Positions 15,740-24,878 of a stretch of 57,275 nt of DNA are shown piece after piece. The notes below the pieces were generated by a model. The model saw only the letters and a program-made list of their open reading frames with translations. It did no database searches and had not been told where the DNA came from. Each line of letters starts with the position of its first letter. Within the stretch, counting starts at the first letter, position 1. The stretch is from a virus (Duplodnaviria > Caudoviricetes). The stretch spans positions 1 through 57,275 of the IMG/VR virus record IMGVR_UViG_3300022542_000851; one strand, written 5' to 3'. The position numbers were made by a program, and so were the translations under genes.

Positions 15740-16032
15740 CTCCGTGGCCCGTCCGGCAAGACCGACACCGTGCACGATCGCGGAGCGCCCCGGCCGAGCC
15801 GCCCGCAGGTCAGCAGCCATGCGTTGCCGCCGAGGTCCGGCAGCTGGTCGCCGGCGACGAACGGGCCCCGCTGCGTCGAGCCTCGGCGCATGAAGCACCG
15901 CCACCCCTCGGGCACGTCGAGCCGTCCGGCCTCGTCCTGGTCGGCGCAGAACAGCGGCGGCGGGCAGACGCACGGCTCGGGCTGCGTCGTCGCGCAGCCG
16001 GCCACGAGGAGCAGGACGGCGAGCGCCCTCAC
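15736..16032 (-). CDS. Lipoprotein (o-spanin candidate)
   Basis: MRALAVLLLVAGC lipobox; Pro/Cys-rich. Confidence 0.6.
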   Translation of the reverse strand: MRALAVLLLVAGCATTQPEPCVCPPPLFCADQDEAGRLDVPEGWRCFMRRGSTQRGPFVAGDQLPDLGGNAWLLTCGRLGRGAPRSCTVSVLPDGPRR

Positions 16033-16463
16033 TCCCCCAGCCCTCGGAGCCACGCCGCGAGCTCGCCCTTGCGGTCCTTGTCGAGCACGCGGAACGCGAG
16101 CCGTGCTGAGTGGAGCGCCCGGCGCGCGCTCCTGACGTTCCGCGCGACGACGACCGCCGGCACCCCGTGGCGCTGGAGGGCGACCAGCACCTGCAGGGCG
16201 TCCCCGGCGCCGAGCCGCCACTCGACGATCGCCGCGCGGACCTGGCCGCTGTCGACGTGGGTTACGGCCGGCCCCACGGACCCGAAGCGCCGAGGCTCCC
16301 GGACGTTGGCCGCGAGCGCGGTGGCGGCGAGCGCCCGCGCGGATACCGGATCCTCGTCGACGATCATCAGCCGCCTCTGACGCACCTGCACCGGTGCGCT
16401 CCCGATGCCGGACACGGACATCCCCGCCGGACCGCTGATACCTGTCATCTCGCCGAGCTTCAT
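16029..16463 (-). CDS. Stand-alone response-regulator receiver-like domain
   Basis: LMIVDED...AAIVEWRLGAGDALQVL...PAVVVA...VLDK matches the CheY-fold pattern. Confidence 0.7.
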   Translation of the reverse strand: MKLGEMTGISGPAGMSVSGIGSAPVQVRQRRLMIVDEDPVSARALAATALAANVREPRRFGSVGPAVTHVDSGQVRAAIVEWRLGAGDALQVLVALQRHGVPAVVVARNVRSARRALHSARLAFRVLDKDRKGELAAWLRGLGE

Positions 16464-16861
16464 GCCTTCTCCTGTAGCTGTCGCTCGAGACCGGCGACGA
16501 CGGCCGTCAGCGACGTGATCACAGCGGTCAGCTCCCCGAGCTGCTCTTTCTGTTCCTCGAGCTGAGCGAGAATCACCCCGCGCCCGCTCTCGATGGTCTC
16601 CTGGATCGAATTGGCATCGACGACCCGCCCCTTCATCGTCTCTCGCTCGCGGTCTACCGCGTTGACTCCCCAACGCCACAGCACGCCGAAGGCGGCTACC
16701 ACTGTCCCAGCTACTGTCGCGGCGCCGATGATCCACGGCCCCCAGCCGCCGCTTGGCTTCGGGATCACATCCGTGGTCGGAGCCTGCACCGCTGGCCCGA
16801 GCTGAGCGAAGGCGAGCGTGCCCACCGCGACGAGCACGGAGGCGAGGATGGCGAGCTTCAT
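16460..16861 (-). CDS. Membrane protein with coiled-coil C-terminus (holin-like position)
   Basis: Signal-like N-terminus, one TM helix, coiled coil. Confidence 0.6.
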   Translation of the reverse strand: MKLAILASVLVAVGTLAFAQLGPAVQAPTTDVIPKPSGGWGPWIIGAATVAGTVVAAFGVLWRWGVNAVDRERETMKGRVVDANSIQETIESGRGVILAQLEEQKEQLGELTAVITSLTAVVAGLERQLQEKA

Positions 16862-17205
16862 TCGTGCGGCCATCGCCACGACGGGGTATCGTACGGCGAC
16901 GTAGGATCGTACGGAACCGCCTGTGCACGTCTCCATGCGACGTCCTCCGTCGCCACCAATCTCCTGGCGACGTACAACGTGAGATCACGGTCGGAGAAGT
17001 CGCCCGTGTACCGGATCGCCAGACCGGGGCGCTCCTCGCCAGACGGATTGGTATAGATGACAGGCTGGGTAGGCAGCGCCAAGTGCTGGGCCCGCTCGGC
17101 GTAGACGAAGGGCGGTTCGCCGACAACGACAAGGCCGACCCCAACAAGGCCGAGGCCGACCCCTACTCCGATTCCAGTGGCGAACGCTCGAAGAAGATTC
17201 TTCAC
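16858..17205 (-). CDS. Hypothetical membrane-anchored protein
   Basis: GIGVGVGLGLVGVGLVVV segment; coupled. Confidence 0.55.
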   Translation of the reverse strand: MKNLLRAFATGIGVGVGLGLVGVGLVVVGEPPFVYAERAQHLALPTQPVIYTNPSGEERPGLAIRYTGDFSDRDLTLYVARRLVATEDVAWRRAQAVPYDPTSPYDTPSWRWPHE

Positions 17206-18206
17206 TCGGTACCCTCCCACGTTGGATGCGACTCCGACAAGAACGAGATCGCGAAGCCTGCGTTGTGCCAGGCTTGCACTACTACGTTGGTAACCGATGA
17301 CGGCTCAGTAAATCCCGTTGTAACGCACACTTGAAACTGCGTTCCACACGATCCGAGGCTGGTCTCGTCATGCGTCACGATCGCTGTCGCACCGATGACA
17401 TCAAATAGCCTGATGCTCACCTGGCCCGGGACAACGGCGCACTGCCATCCCCAATCGAAGCAAAAATCCGTCGACGTTCCGAGATCCCCGCTGACCGTGG
17501 CTGGTAAGGTGGAAACCGTCGTCCAAGTCGTATTATTGATCGGGCAAGCAGACGCCGGACATTCGAGGAGCCACTGATAATCGAAGCTCTGGGTATCAGC
17601 TCCCGTAGGCCCGGTCGGCCCGCTCGGTCCAGACGGCCCTGATGGACCGCTTGGTCCAGATGGACCGGTCGGACCGGTAGGCCCGACCGCTCCGTCTCGA
17701 ATGAAAACGACGGCTAGCGCATTGTTGTTCCCAAAGTTCCCACCAGCGTCGAGTTCCAGGGTCACCCCGAACTTATAATACACACCCTGATCTGTAGTCG
17801 ATGTTATATCCCAGAGCTGCGCCTGGGTAGAATCGGTCTCGCGCTGAACATAGAAACCATCACCTACGTTTATCGTTCCCAAGATTACAGATAAGTCAAT
17901 CGAGTCGTTGTCCGTTTCGCTGACGTACAGCTCCGTCGCGCTGGCCTGGGTAACGGTATTCCACTTCATAAGACCCGCGCCGGGATCGGTATCCGACTGG
18001 TCGGTCGTCCTCGCTCGGTAGCGATGAGACGACCCAACGGACCCCGGCGCTCCCGTTGGACCGCTCGGCCCTGAAGGGCCTACGCCGATCGGTTGCAAGA
18101 CGGAACCGTCGAAGATGTACGCCTGGATAGCGCTCGTGACCGGCACGAAGAAGAGCGCTACCAACAGTACCGCAACGGCGGCTTTAGTTATCGATGAGGA
18201 TTCCAT
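17202..18206 (-). CDS. Collagen-like tail-fibre-type protein with signal peptide
   Basis: GPS/GPT triplet repeats; hydrophobic N-terminus. Confidence 0.75.
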   Translation of the reverse strand: MESSSITKAAVAVLLVALFFVPVTSAIQAYIFDGSVLQPIGVGPSGPSGPTGAPGSVGSSHRYRARTTDQSDTDPGAGLMKWNTVTQASATELYVSETDNDSIDLSVILGTINVGDGFYVQRETDSTQAQLWDITSTTDQGVYYKFGVTLELDAGGNFGNNNALAVVFIRDGAVGPTGPTGPSGPSGPSGPSGPSGPTGPTGADTQSFDYQWLLECPASACPINNTTWTTVSTLPATVSGDLGTSTDFCFDWGWQCAVVPGQVSIRLFDVIGATAIVTHDETSLGSCGTQFQVCVTTGFTEPSSVTNVVVQAWHNAGFAISFLSESHPTWEGTE

Positions 18207-19053
18207 CGAATGATCCTATCACTGCTGAGTTATTCGCGTTAGAAACAACCTGTATCTTAAGAATAGCGGGCCCCGCGATAGGGCGCGGGATCATGTACTC
18301 CCTCGGTGGACTCCATCCCTCGATGAATAACCACGCCTCGAACGTTATAAATCCTGAATCCGATTGATCTGCGTTTCGCTTTACTAGCAAGTGGGCATCA
18401 GCTTGTGCATCCGCCCCCGTATTAGTCAAAATTGTCCCCACTATGGTCCGCAGAAAGAATGTCTGCGTCGAGGGGACGCCCATGATCATCATCAAGGCTT
18501 TCCCGCGCCCCGGCTGGATCGCAGCTGATACCGTACCGTCTGTCTGAGCTGTAGCGGTAATCACCCCGATGTTGAGATCCTCGTCGTCGCCAAAAGTAAG
18601 TCCGACCAAGTCATTTATTATCACGTAGGAGTTTGCCGTCGGAACGTTAGTCGTCCCATCTAGCGTGATGTCCTCGGAGACCTCGCTGGTTCCGAATCCG
18701 GTAAGACCAAAGATGCGAATAGTTCGCATCCCGACCCCAACGGGGGCTCCATCATCCGATGCCGACGTCGACGATATGTCATGGATCCGAGCTGCCGTCG
18801 GTGCAACCCAGATGTCCGTAGAGGTTACCCCGTCGGCCCCGTCCCAGACATCCGTGGGGACGTTGGCGTCTGCGTCCAGGGTCTCGCCGAACCCGGAGAT
18901 GATGCGGAACCCGGAGATGTTCCCCCGGGCAGCTTCAAGGCTCGGACTGAGCGGTCCGAAGTACGAGGCCGATACAGGGTCGGGTCCGCGGAGGACAGAG
19001 TAGACCCCGATCGCGATGACGCCAGCCAGTAACCCACCGAGTACCTTCTTCAT
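18184..19053 (-). CDS. Tail-associated beta protein with N-terminal hydrophobic anchor
   Basis: MKKVLGGLLAGVIAIGVYSV; Thr/Gly/Asp-rich. Confidence 0.7.
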   Translation of the reverse strand: MKKVLGGLLAGVIAIGVYSVLRGPDPVSASYFGPLSPSLEAARGNISGFRIISGFGETLDADANVPTDVWDGADGVTSTDIWVAPTAARIHDISSTSASDDGAPVGVGMRTIRIFGLTGFGTSEVSEDITLDGTTNVPTANSYVIINDLVGLTFGDDEDLNIGVITATAQTDGTVSAAIQPGRGKALMMIMGVPSTQTFFLRTIVGTILTNTGADAQADAHLLVKRNADQSDSGFITFEAWLFIEGWSPPREYMIPRPIAGPAILKIQVVSNANNSAVIGSFDGILIDN

Positions 19054-19054
19054 G

Positions 19055-19390
19055 CTAGGTCTCCTTGATTGCCAACCACTGGGTTCCGTCGCTGACAATC
19101 ACAAGACTTCTCTTGATCGTCACCACCATACCTTCTGCTTCAACGATACATTCAAAGTTGGCGGTGGTATCGACATTCCTTATTTGAACTTCCTTGCCAG
19201 GCAAAGCCGATGCAGCAGCTAGCGTGAACGTCACAGTCCCTGACCCAGGGTCGCACAAAATGAAGGCATCCGAAGCAAGCATCGGTGTCGATGCCGGTGT
19301 CGATGCCGGTGTCGATTCTGGTTCGCGGAATACCGAGTAGACCCCGATCGCGATGAGACCAGCTAGCAGCCCGCCGAGTACCTTCTTCAT
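19055..19390 (-). CDS. Paralogous fibre-tip-like domain protein with the same leader
   Basis: MKKVLGGLLAGLIAIGVYSV, STPA repeats, ...SDGTQW. Confidence 0.7.
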   Translation of the reverse strand: MKKVLGGLLAGLIAIGVYSVFREPESTPASTPASTPMLASDAFILCDPGSGTVTFTLAAASALPGKEVQIRNVDTTANFECIVEAEGMVVTIKRSLVIVSDGTQWLAIKET

Positions 19391-19569
19391 TCTACTTCGC
19401 CTATTAACTCGTTGCCGCTCGCCTCAATGATGCATTCGAAGTTAGCGGTGGTGCCGATATTCCTTATTTGCACTTTCCTGCCAGCCGGAGTCGATGGGGG
19501 TAGCGTGAATGTCACAGTCCTTGACTCAGCATCGCACCGAACGACGGCGCTTGTAGCAAGCATCTTCAT
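19387..19569 (-). CDS. Short or truncated paralog of the fibre-tip-like domain
   Basis: AGGAGGAG RBS; similar to both neighbours. Confidence 0.6.
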   Translation of the reverse strand: MKMLATSAVVRCDAESRTVTFTLPPSTPAGRKVQIRNIGTTANFECIIEASGNELIGEVE

Positions 19570-19580
19570 GTCACTCCTCC

Positions 19581-20303
19581 TCAATGTATCCACCACTGGG
19601 TTCCGTCGCTGATGATCGCAAGGCTGTTCGGGAACGGAACGACCTGGGTCTCGGATGTGTCGATCAATTCGAAGCCGTTCGCGTCCACTGTGCACTCGAA
19701 GCTTGACGTTGTGTCGATGTTCTTCAGCTGTACGATCCGACCCGTGAGGGTCGACGCGGCGAGTAGGATGTACGTTACATCCCCTGCCCCGGCCTCGCAC
19801 AAGATGAAGGCGTCGGTCGCCAACATCGTTTCATTTGAATTGATCTCCCTTATCGCAACCGAGACCGTCGTATTCCCGGGCTGGTCCGTATCCAGGAATA
19901 TCATCCCGATCGCCGGGGTTAATGGAGCAGTCGTGCCGACAACCGCAGGACCGAGAGCTACCATCCCCGAACCGTCGGAGATCGCAACCGTACCCTCGGA
20001 CGCTCCCGATACTCCGGATATCAGATCTGCCGCCCTCGTCTGCCAACGCACCCCGTCCCAGGCCTGGTACTCGCCCTCTGTCGTGTCGTAGCAGAGCCTT
20101 CCTGTGACGCCCGTGATAGTGTCGCAGTCGGTCTCGACCAGAGTGTCCTCGCCGCAGGTCATCGTCGCCCCGCTCGGCAGCGTCCGTTGCTGCTCGAACG
20201 GAGCGCAGCCGGCGTGCACGTCCGGGAAGTGGGGCACCCACTGCGCGCCGGCTGGCGCGGCGAGGAGCAGCCCGATAGCGACACGCAGGACGGAGAGCTT
20301 CAT
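19581..20303 (-). CDS. Tail-fibre-like protein with signal peptide
   Basis: MKLSVLRVAIGLLLAAPAGA; GRLCYDTT...WDG.RW; C-terminal SDGTQW domain. Confidence 0.7.
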   Translation of the reverse strand: MKLSVLRVAIGLLLAAPAGAQWVPHFPDVHAGCAPFEQQRTLPSGATMTCGEDTLVETDCDTITGVTGRLCYDTTEGEYQAWDGVRWQTRAADLISGVSGASEGTVAISDGSGMVALGPAVVGTTAPLTPAIGMIFLDTDQPGNTTVSVAIREINSNETMLATDAFILCEAGAGDVTYILLAASTLTGRIVQLKNIDTTSSFECTVDANGFELIDTSETQVVPFPNSLAIISDGTQWWIH

Positions 20304-20310
20304 GGCTCGT

Positions 20311-20802
20311 TCATCCGGAGGGGCTGGCGATCCAGAGCGTGATCCTGGCGTTGAGCGGTCCGATTGGGAAGTCCTCCAGGAATAGGATCCACTCCTCCGC
20401 CGAAGTCCCCCCTATGTTCAGAGAGCCGCCTGGTCCCGGGAGAAAGATCGGCGTCTGAGCGTTATGATAGTTGCGCCCTCCGATGTCCGTGTTGGCAACC
20501 AACGAGCCGGGCGACGCTTGGGCGTCGAGGAAGTCCGCGTCGACCGTCAGGCTCGGCACCTTCATCCGCGACACGTCGTTCCATCCGATGCCTGTGATTG
20601 CGTCCCCCAGGCCAGTGAACGCCACGTTCTCTTGCGCGACCTTGACGCCGAAAACGAGCGATGTCGTCGCATTGAACGAAACGCGAGCTTGCACCTCCAC
20701 CGGGGCATCAGCTGCAACGTTGACCCTCGCGAGCGCGCCCGCCTGAGTGACTGTCACTACTTGCCAGCTGTAAACGTGGCCGAAGCCCTCACCGATTCGC
20801 AC
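20311..20802 (-). CDS. Minor tail protein (putative)
   Basis: Position and beta-rich composition. Confidence 0.55.
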   Translation of the reverse strand: MRIGEGFGHVYSWQVVTVTQAGALARVNVAADAPVEVQARVSFNATTSLVFGVKVAQENVAFTGLGDAITGIGWNDVSRMKVPSLTVDADFLDAQASPGSLVANTDIGGRNYHNAQTPIFLPGPGGSLNIGGTSAEEWILFLEDFPIGPLNARITLWIASPSG

Positions 20803-20810
20803 GGGTACTC

Positions 20811-21266
20811 CTATATCCAGGCTGCGGCGCCACCATCGTCCAGCGGCGCATCGTCTGGCTGTGGCTCCTCATCCTCGAGCAGCCTGTGTTGTATCATCTG
20901 CGCGCCGGCGAGGACCGGTATCGACACCTCGACCAGCAGTATCGACGTATCGATCCTGGTGAAGAAACGAAAATCAGAAGTTACCGTCGTCTCGCCGAAG
21001 ACCCGTATGAGCGGCAAGGGAAGAAAGATCTGATTCCCTACCACGACCACCACGGCGTTCTGTAGCGTGCCGTCTACGAAGGCCTGCCACCCTACAAGCG
21101 GATAGCCCGCGTCGACGGTGAAGACCGTGTTCGTCAAGTCGACCACGCCGGACAAGCCAGCCGCGGGCGTCAGCTCGAGTTCCACGATCGAGCTCGCCGA
21201 CGCACCGCGCGCGACCTGACGGGCCGCGTTCCGGCGCGCCTGGATCTGGTTGCGCGCTGGCCTCAC
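20811..21266 (-). CDS. Minor tail protein (putative)
   Basis: GTGA-coupled to the 965-aa tail gene. Confidence 0.55.
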   Translation of the reverse strand: MRPARNQIQARRNAARQVARGASASSIVELELTPAAGLSGVVDLTNTVFTVDAGYPLVGWQAFVDGTLQNAVVVVVGNQIFLPLPLIRVFGETTVTSDFRFFTRIDTSILLVEVSIPVLAGAQMIQHRLLEDEEPQPDDAPLDDGGAAAWI

Positions 21267-24160
21267 TGAAGCACCCCTGGGATCGCTTCCGGCTTCAGGT
21301 CGAACACGTACCGCAGCTCGAGGTCCACGAAGTCGCCTTGCTCGCCATGGCCTGGCGTGGAGGACTCCACAAGGCAGCCCGCCCACGTCATCACGCCGCC
21401 CGGGGCGAGCGCGTTCTTGAGCAGCAGCGGCACCACCTCGCCGGCCGTGAGGAACAAGCCGCGGCGCCACCATCGGATCGTCGTCCGCTTGATCGGCGTT
21501 CGCAGGAACCGCGCGTGCCGGAGCAAGGGGCGGTCGTCGAAGGCGTAGCTGTGCACGTCCGGGCTCAGCTCGCGGTCGATGCCGAACTGCGGCCCGACGC
21601 GCTCGTCCAGCGCCTGCCACGCCCGCGCCTCGTCGAGAGCGGCTTCCGGGACCTCGGCGGGAAAGAAGACCGTCATCGTCTTTGCGATGCTGCTGTCGTC
21701 AATCCGCCAGGCTGGCCCGTCGCCGAGGATCTGGTAATCCTCGATGGGGACCGCTGAGCTCAGCTCGGTCGGATTCAACAGCGCGGCGCCGATGCGCCCG
21801 TCGTACCGGTGCACGAGCCCGAAGTCGCCGGTGCGCATCAGGCGGAAGAGCACCTCGTGCAGCTTGGTCGGGCCGACCACGGCCACCTTGACGCGCTCGT
21901 CCAGCTGCTCAACCCCGCTGAAGCTCCCCGACGCCAGGTCGGCGGCCGGGATGCCGAGCCGGTCGAGGAGGAGCTTCTCGGCGACCAGCCCCGCCGACAG
22001 GACGCCAGCGACGCGACCGTCGCCGAACACCATGATTCGCCACTCACCGTCCTGGTTCGCCTCGAAGAACGCCCTTGCAGGGTCTACCCCGCTGCCAACG
22101 GGCAGATTCCACAAGAGATGCGACGTCGACGCGTCCCAGCTGTAGAACGACGTGTCCACGATGTCTCGACCGAGGTAGAGAACTCCGCGGCCGACGAGGT
22201 TCGCGCCGAAGATCGTATCTGCGTCCAAGTCCGAGACGACGGACGCCCGCATGATGACGCGGGGCCCGGCGCCGGGGAAGGGGCTGCCAGTCGGCCCTGG
22301 GGTTTGCCCCGGATTGACGATGGCCGCCGGCAGCGTTCCTCCCGAGTCGGTTCCCCAGCACTCGGGAATCGGCTCCCCCTCGTGCTTGTTGATCGCGTTG
22401 AGCCCTGGCCCGTACACCTCGATGTCGTAGGCCTCGATGCCGATCTCTACGACGTCCGTCCGCAGCGCTCGCGGGAGGAGCGGCACGGACACCTGGTCGC
22501 GACCGAGGTCGAGCCCCTGCCAGCGGGTGACGCCATCCCACACCGGCGGGTCGCCCTCTGCGATGAACTGCCCCGAGCGCACACCACCCGCGAACACCAG
22601 CAGCCGGCGGTCATCGACCAGCCAGCCGTCGATCGGCGGCTGCCCGTGAGCGATGCCCGTCTGCCACAGCCGCGGGCCCTCCGGTAGGCTCTCGTCGGCG
22701 TGCGGGTTGTGCAGGACCAGCGACCCCTGCGGCGCCGCCGTCCGGCCGCTGATGACGTCATCGAGCGAGCGCCTGAACGTAGGGAGCGTCAGGACCAGGC
22801 CGATGTAGTTTCTGCCGTACGCGTGGAGGTACTGCGTCGCCAGGTAGACCTCAAGACGCATCGCGATACCGCTTGCGTTGAAGCCACCGGGCGGTCGGCT
22901 GTTGAAACTTGAGGGCATGTGCACAAAGATCGTAGGCTCGTTGTCGAGGGCCTCCGCGCTCGTCCCGTCCTGGTCCCAGAACCACGAGCCCGGCGTGCTT
23001 CCGGACTCGACGACGCTGTCCACCTCCACCATGCCCGCGTCAGCGCCTTCGATCTCCCAGCCGTCGATATTGAAGCTCACCAGGGGCTGGTCGGCGCGCG
23101 CGAACTTCTTGCGCCACACGGTGCCTTGCGTGGTCGACTTGAACCACCCGGCCGCATCGAGCCAGACCGCCGGGTACCAGTGGAGCAGGTACACGATGGC
23201 GCCCGGGTCGTGAATCAGCGCCGCCGCGCCGGCCGACAGGAACGATGCATCGCGGAAGACCGAGAACGTCGAGAAGGCGTCCAGCTCATCCCAAACGCGG
23301 ACGCGGATCGATACGTCGCCGGCGTCCGCATCGAGGACCGCCGGCGGCGTAACGGTGAAGTACTGCGAGCTCGACAGGGTCTTCTCCGAGTCGAACAGGA
23401 TCGTTGTCTGCGCTCGGTCGAAGATCTGCCACCGCACCGCGGTCTGGACCGGGGGCGCCGCCTCCTGGTACTCGAGGCGCATGCGCGCCGTGGCCGTGTG
23501 CCACGTCACGTCGAAGGTCTCCCGGCCCTGGCGCGCCCGGAGCTGCAGCTTCAGGTCGTCGCCGGCGTCGAGGATGTCCTGGACGGTGAAGTTGTGGCCG
23601 AAGATGTCGCGGAAAACGGCGCTGGTCTCCTCTTTCGCGATGGTGCTCCCCCGCCGGTATTCGGTCGACAGGAAAGCGCTCTCCGAGGCCGGGATCGGCG
23701 TGGCCGGCGCGGGCTCCGCCAGCGGGTCGGCGGTCGGCGACAGGCGGAAGTGACCGGCGTACACCTCGCGGCCCTGGTACACCAGCATCGCGTGGACGGT
23801 CGCGTCGCCGGGGCGGTCGAGCGTCGCCGACCAGCGGCCCATGAAGTAGAGACTGAACTGGACCGTGAGGACGCGGAACGGCTCGCGGCCGCCCACCGAC
23901 ACCCCGTTCCAGTCGACCGTTGCCAGGTTGCCCGGGGCGAGGGAGAAGGCCAGCGCGTTCTGCGGCACGCCGGGCGGGCTCGTGAGCGCCGAGGGGTTTC
24001 CCCAGCCGCCAGCGTCGACGTTGGTAGCCGTCAGCCGGATGGCGTTCTCGGTCGGCGCCGGGTCCGGCTCGATGCCGTTGTGCTTGAGCTGCACGGCGGC
24101 CCGATAGTCCAGCCCGGACTGGTCCGCGAGAGGGACCACGACGGACGGGCGCGCCGGCAT
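21263..24160 (-). CDS. Large tail tip/hub protein
   Basis: 965 aa, downstream of the tape measure and distal tail genes. Confidence 0.7.
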   Translation of the reverse strand: MPARPSVVVPLADQSGLDYRAAVQLKHNGIEPDPAPTENAIRLTATNVDAGGWGNPSALTSPPGVPQNALAFSLAPGNLATVDWNGVSVGGREPFRVLTVQFSLYFMGRWSATLDRPGDATVHAMLVYQGREVYAGHFRLSPTADPLAEPAPATPIPASESAFLSTEYRRGSTIAKEETSAVFRDIFGHNFTVQDILDAGDDLKLQLRARQGRETFDVTWHTATARMRLEYQEAAPPVQTAVRWQIFDRAQTTILFDSEKTLSSSQYFTVTPPAVLDADAGDVSIRVRVWDELDAFSTFSVFRDASFLSAGAAALIHDPGAIVYLLHWYPAVWLDAAGWFKSTTQGTVWRKKFARADQPLVSFNIDGWEIEGADAGMVEVDSVVESGSTPGSWFWDQDGTSAEALDNEPTIFVHMPSSFNSRPPGGFNASGIAMRLEVYLATQYLHAYGRNYIGLVLTLPTFRRSLDDVISGRTAAPQGSLVLHNPHADESLPEGPRLWQTGIAHGQPPIDGWLVDDRRLLVFAGGVRSGQFIAEGDPPVWDGVTRWQGLDLGRDQVSVPLLPRALRTDVVEIGIEAYDIEVYGPGLNAINKHEGEPIPECWGTDSGGTLPAAIVNPGQTPGPTGSPFPGAGPRVIMRASVVSDLDADTIFGANLVGRGVLYLGRDIVDTSFYSWDASTSHLLWNLPVGSGVDPARAFFEANQDGEWRIMVFGDGRVAGVLSAGLVAEKLLLDRLGIPAADLASGSFSGVEQLDERVKVAVVGPTKLHEVLFRLMRTGDFGLVHRYDGRIGAALLNPTELSSAVPIEDYQILGDGPAWRIDDSSIAKTMTVFFPAEVPEAALDEARAWQALDERVGPQFGIDRELSPDVHSYAFDDRPLLRHARFLRTPIKRTTIRWWRRGLFLTAGEVVPLLLKNALAPGGVMTWAGCLVESSTPGHGEQGDFVDLELRYVFDLKPEAIPGVLQ

Positions 24161-24273
24161 CAGGTTGCCTCTGGCCGGAGCTGTGATAAAGTGCGGTCAG
24201 GCCTGCGGCTGCCGATCGCGACCTCCGGATCTCCCGAGCGCGGTCGGTAGCCGCACTTTCGAAGGGAGATCAC

Positions 24274-24873
24274 ATGACGACCAGAGATCGGACTATCGCC
24301 GCCGCCTTGTTTGCTGTCTTCGGTTGCCTTCTTGCGTACACCACTCTCGCTAAGCTGAAAGCCGCGAACGCGCCCCCGGCTACCGGACCTACGGCTGAGC
24401 GCGTGCGAGCCCACGCGCAAAGAAGAGCCATCGAAGCTAGGAGCCGCCGCGAAGGAAACAGCTCTCCGGAGGAAGCCGCAGTCGAGCGAGCTAAGGCCGC
24501 AGTGCGCGTCAGGGAAAGCCGGGCGCGCGCCAGGGCCGAGAGAGCAGCTCAAGCTAGAGTGATCAGGGAACGCACCCGAGCCGAGATAGCCTCCGGGTCG
24601 CGAACTCCCGATCCAGCCTCGGCTTTCGGCGAGAAGCCGCGCCAGAGCGCTTGGGATGGGGGTGTCCGCGTCGCCGAGCAGTGGCTTCAGGCCAATCTCA
24701 AAGACCCCGACTCGCTCGACATCATCGAGTGGTCGGAGGTGCACGCCGGGCCCGACGGCTGGCGCGTGCGCTGCAAGTACCGATCGCGCAACTCGTTCGG
24801 GGGCATGGTCCTCGCCGAGCAGCTCTTCGTGATGAAGAACGGCACGGTCATCGACGTTCGCAAGATCGGGTAG
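24274..24873 (+). CDS. Membrane-anchored moron protein
   Basis: Opposite strand in the tail operon; TM, coiled linker, LKDPDS...YRSRNSFGG domain. Confidence 0.75.
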   Translation: MTTRDRTIAAALFAVFGCLLAYTTLAKLKAANAPPATGPTAERVRAHAQRRAIEARSRREGNSSPEEAAVERAKAAVRVRESRARARAERAAQARVIRERTRAEIASGSRTPDPASAFGEKPRQSAWDGGVRVAEQWLQANLKDPDSLDIIEWSEVHAGPDGWRVRCKYRSRNSFGGMVLAEQLFVMKNGTVIDVRKIG

Positions 24874-24878
24874 CGCGC

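Noticed and set aside
17590-17690. Tandem nucleotide repeats
   Set aside because: Explained by collagen Gly-Pro-X coding
19055-19850. Diversity-generating retroelement TR/VR pair
   Set aside because: Differences are not adenine-specific, include indels, and no reverse transcriptase is present
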